DNA of 32,097 nt, from positions 1 through 32,097 of IMG/VR virus record IMGVR_UViG_3300005609_000201. One strand, 5' to 3'. Shown here piece after piece: positions 27,301-32,097 of the stretch; the first letter of the stretch is position 1, and each line of letters opens with the position of its first letter. The position numbers and the translations under genes are program-made. The stretch is from a virus. Lineage: Duplodnaviria > Caudoviricetes. The notes below the pieces were generated by a model, which made no database searches, was not told the origin of the DNA, and saw nothing but the letters and a program-made list of their open reading frames with translations.

Positions 27301-29265
27301 ATCATTACTAATTATTTTAATTACTTCTGCTTCAAGTTCTTTAGCATTAGGAGTTTTACCTTCTTTTTCAAAGTTCTCTTTTGCTAGTTGGTCCACTTTT
27401 GTTTTATAATCTTCGAATACTTTATAACCCTCAACAAAACCCTCACCAGCAGTAAATAGTAAGTTCCTATAAAGTTTAGCTGCTACTTGATTATCAATAC
27501 CATTTTCTAAAACAAAGTTAATTGCTTTATCTTTTGCTTGTATTTGACTATCACCTTTAGCAATATATTCATTTTTAATTTGTTCAATACTAACTTGATT
27601 ACCTATTGGTTGGTCTTGTAAGATCTGGTCATATGTTTTATTTATTGTTTTAGATACATTAAATGTTTCAATACCTCCACCAAACATACCACCAAACATA
27701 CCATATAGACCAGTTTCTATATATTGTTGTGCTTCAGTAAACTCTTGTTGAGAGCCAGTAGTTATATTAGCAATATCACTAATTAATAATTGTCCTACCT
27801 CTTCTATACCCTCTAGAGCTGCATCAGCACTAATAGTTTTTAATAATTGTGTTGCATTTAAATTACCAAATGTTTTATTAGTTCCACGAGTAACTTTACC
27901 CGGAATAGCACCAGTACCAGCTAACAATGCCCAGTTTCCACCCATACTCATTAATGCACCAGTTATTGCTTTATTATCATCTATTCCTTGTGCTTTAGCA
28001 TTGTTAAATACATCATTACCCTCACTCATTGAAATCATTGTTCTAGTTGCAAGTTCGGCCTTACTACCACCTAATAATGCATTGACAAATGAATTACCCA
28101 TTTTAACTTCACCAGACATACCCGGGATTTTAGCCATAGCACTACCCAAAAACATATACCCAGAAATAGAACCCATAACTTGAGGTATACCTTGATAAAA
28201 TACTTTTTCAAGTCCTGAATATTCTTTTACATCTTTAGTTTGAAGACTTTCATTAAGACCATCAATTAATCCACTTGCAAAATCAAATGGTTTATAAATA
28301 TAACTATCTTTAGTATCTATATCTTGACCAGTAATTGTATTATATATTCCAGTTGTAGCATAACTAATTAAAGTTCCACCCATATCAATTGTTCCTGCAA
28401 TCGAGCCAATAGTAGTATTGAATAATGCATTTCTTAAATGTTTAACTGCATTATCCATATCTTTTAATACTGGTATTTCTTCTTCTGCGGCCTTTTCTAA
28501 TCCTATTGAACCTAGAAAACCACCAATACCAGCTACACCTAAAGTTATTAATCCACCAATAGTAGTAAGAGGTTCAGGAGTTAAGATACCAGCAATAGCA
28601 ATACTAGCTATACCAGTTTTTGCGTGTTCTCCAAAAAAATCATCTACCTTTTCAACATCACCATCATCTGCAGCACGTTTTAAATCTGCACCAATTAAAG
28701 TATTTTTAATCTTTTGAGTATCACCAAATCCAGATGCTTCTAATTGGTATTTTTGAAGTGGACTTAATTTACTATACCATTCATTAAATTCTTCATCAGT
28801 TAATCCATTTAAATCATTCATATAACGATTAGTTAATTCAACAAACGGGTCATTATCCCCAGCAGTTGCAAAGTAATTATAATTATTACTTAAATTATGA
28901 AATGCTTGATTATCTATTTGATAAGCAGATATAGCAGTTTGATACTCGTTTGTATCCATTTTATAACCTTGTTGTTGAAACTTAGCAAAGTTATCTTGTT
29001 GATATCTAAAGATAGCCATATCAGTATCAGAATAACCATAATCTTTTTGGAACTGTAACTCAACAGTTCTTGCTTGTGCATAGTTATCTATTAGTTGTTC
29101 AGTAGGAGTATAAATCTTATCTTGTGGTTCATAATTAAATGTACTATCTTTTAATACACTTACAAAAAAGTTATTTAATCCAGTTGGACTAGTAACTTGT
29201 TCTTGAGTTAATATACTAGTCTTTTCTGCAAACTCTTTATTTAAATTTTCATTTCCATTTCCCAT
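21322..29265 (-). CDS. Giant polyvalent / internal virion (ejection) protein with zincin metallopeptidase-like domain
   Basis: Gly-rich hydrophobic N-terminal helices, K/E coiled coil, AGKYENGVIYLNPN...THELFHHLE (HExxH at 25213-25227), and a C-terminal LPD38-like region (NFINYS, VPFVAFQ, NPFYKMPLELMQGVNYYG). AGGTG SD favours ATG 29265. Confidence 0.7.
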   Translation of the reverse strand: MGNGNENLNKEFAEKTSILTQEQVTSPTGLNNFFVSVLKDSTFNYEPQDKIYTPTEQLIDNYAQARTVELQFQKDYGYSDTDMAIFRYQQDNFAKFQQQGYKMDTNEYQTAISAYQIDNQAFHNLSNNYNYFATAGDNDPFVELTNRYMNDLNGLTDEEFNEWYSKLSPLQKYQLEASGFGDTQKIKNTLIGADLKRAADDGDVEKVDDFFGEHAKTGIASIAIAGILTPEPLTTIGGLITLGVAGIGGFLGSIGLEKAAEEEIPVLKDMDNAVKHLRNALFNTTIGSIAGTIDMGGTLISYATTGIYNTITGQDIDTKDSYIYKPFDFASGLIDGLNESLQTKDVKEYSGLEKVFYQGIPQVMGSISGYMFLGSAMAKIPGMSGEVKMGNSFVNALLGGSKAELATRTMISMSEGNDVFNNAKAQGIDDNKAITGALMSMGGNWALLAGTGAIPGKVTRGTNKTFGNLNATQLLKTISADAALEGIEEVGQLLISDIANITTGSQQEFTEAQQYIETGLYGMFGGMFGGGIETFNVSKTINKTYDQILQDQPIGNQVSIEQIKNEYIAKGDSQIQAKDKAINFVLENGIDNQVAAKLYRNLLFTAGEGFVEGYKVFEDYKTKVDQLAKENFEKEGKTPNAKELEAEVIKIISNDYSQDTFYKMADEQNKELINKIDLQNQEKLESISVNDRVDLINETRTVLNNIVRDENVADWNGEKFDSPKRYGLQKIKGEIVSSTFDKKHNKFNILKRMNNYNITPTDFTMMQQREEGSWVDSTQVRNMNNEITNIKKTLDDVVGTTKKRIDKFNKENKLESKDYEYMYEQGILNKEDYISLLKKTDLETTDQEIQNILNISNEIESFYNKLSKVDNVLDMEKDYKKLQNFIDKTFETQTEYDEFIEKNKKFISKKALSSFENFKQTFENAKKEQALEIERVAKEKAVQKAEEKRLAKEKEVEKDASLEKEITKKQEQINKLEEKEKKQKQKIVEEKPNTKISEKEFIEKTQDEDKKKVIKKTKQHKSVKVSQVANKVEVDEKVKKELNLKDKMNIIKDKFSLPIKANTKYLNQVRSNLEQNPDVDKFVVGYSVEQDTFKILPVETTQKKAKNDIKEKLNGPKDYKTKVISRDKINDDVINANPKNKKQVKESIEKNEALRKSEVSKGFNNSNSTKLDNQIDKKINESIKVTKELKPKRDDLLEEIKVKEAKANKYRSDIKTYMADIAKNGPDKNIEFRLNFSESALRNVIGDIDLLKAQHKVANEKTIDTDMSIAYESEQGITPKVLKKNIKKIPGRVTNFIATLNKTLPSNAQLTVVFDETLEKNEAGKYENGVIYLNPNSKTQFLDTVTHELFHHLERGTSKELDKFMNSVEDYLTQKGVYEEQLNSIMKRYVPVYEAKGREFTEENARSEIVANFVKDELFKQEAYTSGKKKGQTYFVNDTLLKDITKDSSVARKVFIWLNQALGYLRKSQLSPNEIKLRIAFEDAKDHFESLVRKEKAIVEKRGEKYLLEVDEEIETFNDAIDLEKKSNTDQMKELVIVNAKASKKETVSITEKLKNWWSEHSTKYGVIAHLNSLVSSAANVYQNKLNKNTKQTQELVSRIFGGMNADDYVTFSTYLLTRSMFEDTQNYDMKDLPFEDIIKLEDGQTYDEEVVKMLKQLQQEIDASEFLTNKLDMYDYVKDTTDAMLIAKNWEVRGEDLSGKLNRANYFKNQVLREFDTYQKDKGAYKQNGRMKGFIDFYEKKGTRKAINTDVIGLFALTHLTAKNEITALEFVEEVKTLDAKNEVLSGIEEELVDVKDKVIKDIANSENEETFKRMTSIIETIISNPEIPNIDKGILSAYLENTNIYDGTETNIVQEIETIVSDYKENIINRIKSYAKDGVYDLSKDYRDVINYFNGKQRSVSEKDLERFANYVYTNPNILNGKNESKHLLYAFEIQNTLNNLVEDVGLEYLDDVQMMIPDGHVVTDGYGNILGQNANEKQVGKLGSMFLSDLDNMEFMTKSIINQLMYNENETGYILDNLKDNKFMILDNQTAKIINEMVNPIRLPDNALRKLTKVFKRGALFSPENIMRFTKNAIGMDFYRIALENPPAVLSVPDAFGYVMERYTGKVSKKISPERKAELNSLWNVFEDVYGGGEISFELETMGKDLVPELHKELEVMTKNLTGEKDLKTIGGVANKVFKKMFDSTKNFSNHREAILRFAYMLDAVKRVESGTGLNYGASNKKEISALMQEANKFEGNKKKEVQLRALALMANQNFINYSESSKFTMKMSQGGVPFVAFQEGNLKLHYRQLNNIFSDMFSRQSSMRRRIGGASRGAAAMMIMSNIAQTGWNLLARALGIAPEDEEIPEYLKTLSYTIPGTDINIDGYTLMPTPFGSIILNKANGMLELLDYLPFSNEAKGTPPVEHILNKGISMANPFYKMPLELMQGVNYYGAVPAPIDKQWNMLDHAIEKVGNTLGFGKTTQSAINVAKGVPTKYHESANSVPEALLHFGIGTASGIFDNSFKRISSGEKTSYTTMISKQYDYLGDVLDRPDYGTIVGSEKTENARLKDAIKKGFKFGDNEYMMRNMVQLITNLEEDGKTSKQIKNEVKQTLKQSLSITGKIPQKNMDHYLNEYLNETEKHLFLEAMEYEKRMFGEFYGLIYD

Positions 29266-29270
29266 ACTTA

Positions 29271-30050
29271 TCACCTTTCCTCAAAATCTGCTTCAATAAC
29301 TTCGGTTGGTAAATCATAAGAGTTCTTTTTATAAATATCTCCAAATGATGAACCATCACCGAATACTAATACACTATCTTGTATATTAATAGCAGCATTT
29401 TTATCTTGTATCTTATTTCTCATATCTAATACATCTTTACCCATTCTAATAACATCTTCAGGCATAGTATGTTCGATATCAATATTACCAACAGCTTCAG
29501 CAACTTTATCTACCATTTCATCAACTATTAAATCTAATTTTTGTTTAGATTTCTTAGCAATAATATTAGTTATTTCTCCAGTTGCTTTCATAATGTTTGG
29601 TCGCATAGACCATCTTCTAATCTTTGCTCTAACATTTGTGGCTTCACAACTTTTACCTAATTCTTGATTTACTTCACGCATTACATTTAAAGGCTTTCTT
29701 TTTTTAACTAAAGTTTCCCATACATAATATTGTTCTATTGAAGATAAATCGAAAAAGTAATTAAAACCATCTTTTGCATCAAATCCATCTTCTTTAATTT
29801 TTTGAATTGTTAATTCATATTTAGCCTTTTCTTCTTCTTTCTTTTGTAACATTTCTTCTTTTCTTTCTTCTTTTTTAATTAAGTTCCTTGCTCTTTGTAA
29901 AGCAGTCTTATCATTCAATCCCTTGATAGGAGTAAAACCACCACATTTCTTTCCATCTTCTTCTAAAAAGATTTTATTCCTTTTGAAATCAGGATGGTTA
30001 CATTCATTTTCTACAAAATATTTGCAAGGTTTGTCACAATAATTAGCCAT
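29271..30050 (-). CDS. Putative terminase small subunit with Cys-rich N-terminus
   Basis: First gene of the unit leading to terL; HTH-like middle, oligomerisation-type helices, INIQ strand and acidic tail. AGAGGTG SD sets the start at 30050. Identity is inferred. Confidence 0.5.
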   Translation of the reverse strand: MANYCDKPCKYFVENECNHPDFKRNKIFLEEDGKKCGGFTPIKGLNDKTALQRARNLIKKEERKEEMLQKKEEEKAKYELTIQKIKEDGFDAKDGFNYFFDLSSIEQYYVWETLVKKRKPLNVMREVNQELGKSCEATNVRAKIRRWSMRPNIMKATGEITNIIAKKSKQKLDLIVDEMVDKVAEAVGNIDIEHTMPEDVIRMGKDVLDMRNKIQDKNAAINIQDSVLVFGDGSSFGDIYKKNSYDLPTEVIEADFEER

Positions 30051-30068
30051 ATCATCACCTCTTTTATA

Positions 30069-30097
30069 ATTATACCATAGCCCTTTCATATATAAAG
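30069..30097 (-). promoter_or_regulatory. Extended -10 promoter for the terS operon
   Basis: TGGTATAAT (TATAAT at 30069-30074) with a weak -35; a second candidate TGATATACT at 30096-30104. Confidence 0.5.
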
Positions 30098-30130
30098 TAT
30101 ATCATTTATATAGTTAAAAATAAATTCTTC

Positions 30131-30159
30131 TTTACTAACAATAGTTTTAGAGTTATAAT
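30131..30159 (+). promoter_or_regulatory. Divergent + strand sigmaA-like promoter
   Basis: TTTACT-17 bp-TATAAT. Confidence 0.6.
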
Positions 30160-30164
30160 AAGTA

Positions 30165-30251
30165 TGTAATCTAGTAGTCATACTAGTTACCCCTTTATGT
30201 GTATTTTTCTTTCTGTTTGAAAGCCATCCATTGAACTGGATGGTTTTCTTT
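30165..30251 (+). ncRNA. Candidate small RNA 1 (~85 nt)
   Basis: Promoter, 5' hairpin 30166-30190, C/U-rich linker, terminator GAAAGCCATCCA-TTGAAC-TGGATGGTTTTC; no SD-led ORF. Confidence 0.55.
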
Positions 30252-30277
30252 ATGTGAAAAGTTATATTTAAACACAG

Positions 30278-30352
30278 AAAAACCTAGAAAATTAATTCTA
30301 GGCAAGTCATAGGAGATATATAAAATAAGAATAAAGGTATATGTATAATACA
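30278..30352 (-). ncRNA. Candidate small RNA 2 (~75 nt)
   Basis: Promoter at 30358-30386, short 5' hairpin, AUCUCCU anti-SD-like motif, terminator CCTAGAA-TTAATT-TTCTAGG-TTTTT. Confidence 0.45.
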
Positions 30353-30357
30353 TCTTT

Positions 30358-30386
30358 ATCTTATCATACAACAACAACATTTACAA
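30358..30386 (-). promoter_or_regulatory. SigmaA-like promoter with GTT-repeat spacer
   Basis: TTGTAA-ATGTTGTTGTTGTATGA (17 bp)-TAAGAT with TG extension. Confidence 0.5.
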
Positions 30387-30402
30387 GAACAATACCTCAT
30401 AA

Positions 30403-30975
30403 TTATTTCCAATCATAATTAATCTTTGTAACTCCGAACTTTTGTAATAGTAATTCTATATTTTCTTCTACTGCAGCTCGATAAGGCTTCGTATCTAACA
30501 TTGCAATTTTTTGTATAGTATCTTCTCTACCTAAATATAATATAGTTTCAAAATCACTTTTATCAAACTTAACACCAAACACTTCTCTATCTTCCATAAA
30601 CTTTTCATCTACTTGAATAGGTTGTAACTTATAAAATTGATCTGGAAGAGTTACAAAACATTCGGGCCCAACTTTAATTACAGTTATATTTTCTAATTTA
30701 TAAGTAATTATAAATTGATACGTTATCCTAACATCTAATTCACTCCTATCAAATGGTAATACACTATCACTCACTATATTCTTTTCATATACCATTATTC
30801 CTTTATTAACTATTACTTCTCCTTGTAACGATAGTTCTTCTTCAACTAAAATAACCTTTTTAATAATCTCTTCTTCCTTTTCGAAATAACTAAGAGGTGA
30901 CTTAAATGGATTCAAACTATTTACAAATAATATTGCAATACATAAGAAGATTATAAAACCTATTTTCTTTATCAT
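30403..30975 (-). CDS. Membrane-anchored DUF4230-like protein
   Basis: N-terminal signal/TM helix, then ELSL, long beta strands, VTLP, and C-terminal AVEENIELLLQKFGVTKINY. Family call is from recalled pattern. Confidence 0.5.
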   Translation of the reverse strand: MIKKIGFIIFLCIAILFVNSLNPFKSPLSYFEKEEEIIKKVILVEEELSLQGEVIVNKGIMVYEKNIVSDSVLPFDRSELDVRITYQFIITYKLENITVIKVGPECFVTLPDQFYKLQPIQVDEKFMEDREVFGVKFDKSDFETILYLGREDTIQKIAMLDTKPYRAAVEENIELLLQKFGVTKINYDWK

Positions 30976-31029
30976 AATATCTTTCCTTTCTATATCTAAT
31001 TATATGTAAAAGGGATTAATTATATACAT

Positions 31030-31055
31030 AAAAAAAGACTAAATTAATAGTCTTT
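31030..31055 (-). terminator. Intrinsic terminator with TTAATT loop
   Basis: Minus strand AAAGACTA-TTAATT-TAGTCTTTTTTT. Confidence 0.8.
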
Positions 31056-31064
31056 CCGTTTTTG

Positions 31065-31286
31065 TTACAATGATTTAATTTCGTTTATGATTGCTTTTAA
31101 TTCCATAACGTTTTTAACTTCACAATTAACTTTAGTATATAATCTATTGCTAAGACCAACTTGTAAGTGTAATTCTATTTCTGCAGTCATAGGTCTTTTG
31201 AAATTTCTAGCAATTGGTGTTGATTCCATATCTTCAGTTGTTATATCTTCTTCTAAATTAAATTCAACTTTATTCATAGTTTCCAT
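31065..31286 (-). CDS. Hypothetical protein (73 aa), co-transcribed with the tRNAs
   Basis: GGAGGT SD; lies between tRNA-Thr and the terminator. Confidence 0.75.
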   Translation of the reverse strand: METMNKVEFNLEEDITTEDMESTPIARNFKRPMTAEIELHLQVGLSNRLYTKVNCEVKNVMELKAIINEIKSL

Positions 31287-31311
31287 ATTATACCTCCCTT
31301 ATGTTTTATTA

Positions 31312-31387
31312 TGGTGCTGGACATAGGACTCGAACCTACATCTTACTGATTACAATTCAGTCGTAATGCCAATTATACTAATCCAGC
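31312..31387 (-). tRNA. tRNA-Thr(UGU)
   Basis: 76-nt cloverleaf: acceptor GCTGGAT/GTCCAGC, anticodon arm ACTGA-ATTGTAA-TCAGT, T loop TTCGAGT, encoded CCA. Confidence 0.92.
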
Positions 31388-31389
31388 AA

Positions 31390-31459
31390 TGGCCGGGGCG
31401 AAGAGAATCGAACTCTTCTTGTAAGGTTTGGAAGCTCATTTGTTCCCAGAACCACCCCA
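31390..31459 (-). tRNA. Atypical tRNA-Trp(CCA), 70 nt, reduced D-arm
   Basis: Acceptor TGGGGTG/CGCCCCG, G73, CCA end, T arm AAGAG-TTCGATT-CTCTT, anticodon loop TTCCAAA; the D region is only GTTC-TGG-GAAC. Confidence 0.7.
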
Positions 31460-31498
31460 ATTTATGAGATAGAAAGGGGGGTTTTCTATCTCGTATTA

Positions 31499-31527
31499 AT
31501 TATATCATAGTCGATATCAGTACACAA
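31499..31527 (-). promoter_or_regulatory. Promoter of the tRNA operon
   Basis: TTGTGT-17 bp-TATAAT with TG extension. Confidence 0.6.
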
Positions 31528-31637
31528 TAGTTTCAAGCATATTTGTATAAACAACAACGCACCTACTACCACCAGCACAGGGTACTACATCTAAACTTGG
31601 CGAAGCCAAAGCGACAAATCCAATTTTGCGATTCTTG

Positions 31638-32000
31638 TTATTCAAACGTATTTTGAGCTTCAATCATATTATATCCATCTTCGATTGAGTTATATTCACA
31701 AATCCAATAATCTTCTCTCAGATCTAAATCTGCATTCTCACATCTCTCTATTATCTCAAACTTGAAATTCATTACTCCATCTTCTATCATTGCATTATAC
31801 AAACGTTTGTTCGTCTTACTTTCCTCTAGTTCTACTTTATTCTTATTATACATTTTATATAGTGTTAAATGCCTTTTTCTACGTTTTAAGAGGTGTTCGG
31901 CCTTTCCTATATATACTTTCCCATTTTTATTATTGGTCCATTTATATATCCCAGACACTATCTTCTTTGGACTTTCTACTTCTAACCTTATAGCAGCCAT
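31638..32000 (-). CDS. GIY-YIG endonuclease (catalytic domain only)
   Basis: SGIYKWTN..GKVYIGKA, a conserved R, FKFEIIE, RE.YWI and GYN motifs. Confidence 0.9.
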   Translation of the reverse strand: MAAIRLEVESPKKIVSGIYKWTNNKNGKVYIGKAEHLLKRRKRHLTLYKMYNKNKVELEESKTNKRLYNAMIEDGVMNFKFEIIERCENADLDLREDYWICEYNSIEDGYNMIEAQNTFE

Positions 32001-32035
32001 ACGTTTACCCCATTTCTTTTTTATTATTTTTCTTT

Positions 32036-32064
32036 ATTATATGACTTAATAATGAGTTAATCAA
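32036..32064 (-). promoter_or_regulatory. SigmaA-like promoter for the GIY-YIG gene
   Basis: TTGATT-17 bp-TATAAT; the spacer region has TGA(C/G)TTAAT twice on the + strand. Confidence 0.6.
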
Positions 32065-32097
32065 ATGCTTTAATGTTATTTTAATGTTTAAGTAAGG

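Larger units (their letters stand above)
1..32097. mobile_element. Tailed dsDNA bacteriophage genome fragment, podovirus-type morphogenesis module
   Basis: TerL, portal, scaffold, capsid, adaptor/nozzle and fibre genes in phage order. No tape-measure, tail-tube or sheath gene recognised. No integrase or host genes in the window, so prophage versus free phage is undecided. Confidence 0.93.

Noticed and set aside
21322-29274. Giant protein as a virion RNA polymerase (N4- or crAss-like)
   Set aside because: I found no DxDGD or T7-type polymerase motifs; the visible motifs fit a polyvalent/ejection protein. A structure search would be needed to exclude it fully.
30195-30380. 61-aa hydrophobic ORF as a type I toxin antisense to sRNA 1
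   Set aside because: It starts inside a predicted promoter spacer and runs through two terminator hairpins; the nearest GAGG is about 14 nt upstream. Ribosome profiling could revive it.
31410-31440. Reading the second tRNA as Gly(UCC)
   Set aside because: Centring the loop on TCC destroys the anticodon stem; the acceptor stem and G73 fit Trp.
1-32097. Short opposite-strand or nested ORFs in the track (e.g. 1..195, 721..909, 1267..1695, 2691..2942, 7776..8036, 19219..19608, 26185..26532, 28418..28717, 31762..32049)
   Set aside because: They overlap well-supported genes, lack convincing SD sites, and have the S/F/L/I-rich composition expected of antisense shadows of AT-rich genes.
1-32097. 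Stop-codon reassignment
   Set aside because: Genes are full length and densely packed under the standard code; TAA, TAG and TGA all end genes at sensible boundaries; no suppressor tRNA is present.
31540-32097. Group I intron around the GIY-YIG gene
   Set aside because: No interrupted host gene or recognisable P7 core; the gene has its own promoter.

Overview
This is an AT-rich fragment of a tailed dsDNA phage with a podovirus-type (short-tail) morphogenesis module, using the standard genetic code. A + strand early block (1-3917) holds the SSB C-terminus, an apparently circularly permuted ASCH protein, two hypotheticals, and an HTH-groES-groEL operon. It converges at a bidirectional terminator on a long - strand block: GIY-YIG nuclease, tRNA-Trp-like and tRNA-Thr genes, a DUF4230-like membrane protein, putative TerS, a ~2650-aa polyvalent/ejection protein, TerL, portal, scaffold, major capsid, adaptor, nozzle, fibre, fibre chaperone, a holin-like protein and a Gln-rich protein. 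SigmaA-like promoters, strong SD sites and a Prp-type cleavage motif on the scaffold point to a Bacillota-lineage or similar host. The main oddities are: a divergent phage chaperonin pair with a zinc-finger-fused GroES; the permuted ASCH domain; the giant gene placed between TerS and TerL, with a sequestered TerL RBS; a tandem structured RNA element in the scaffold leader; two convergent candidate sRNAs; terminators sharing a UUAAUU loop; and a 70-nt tRNA-Trp with a collapsed D-arm. All calls come from reading motifs by eye; no searches were run.
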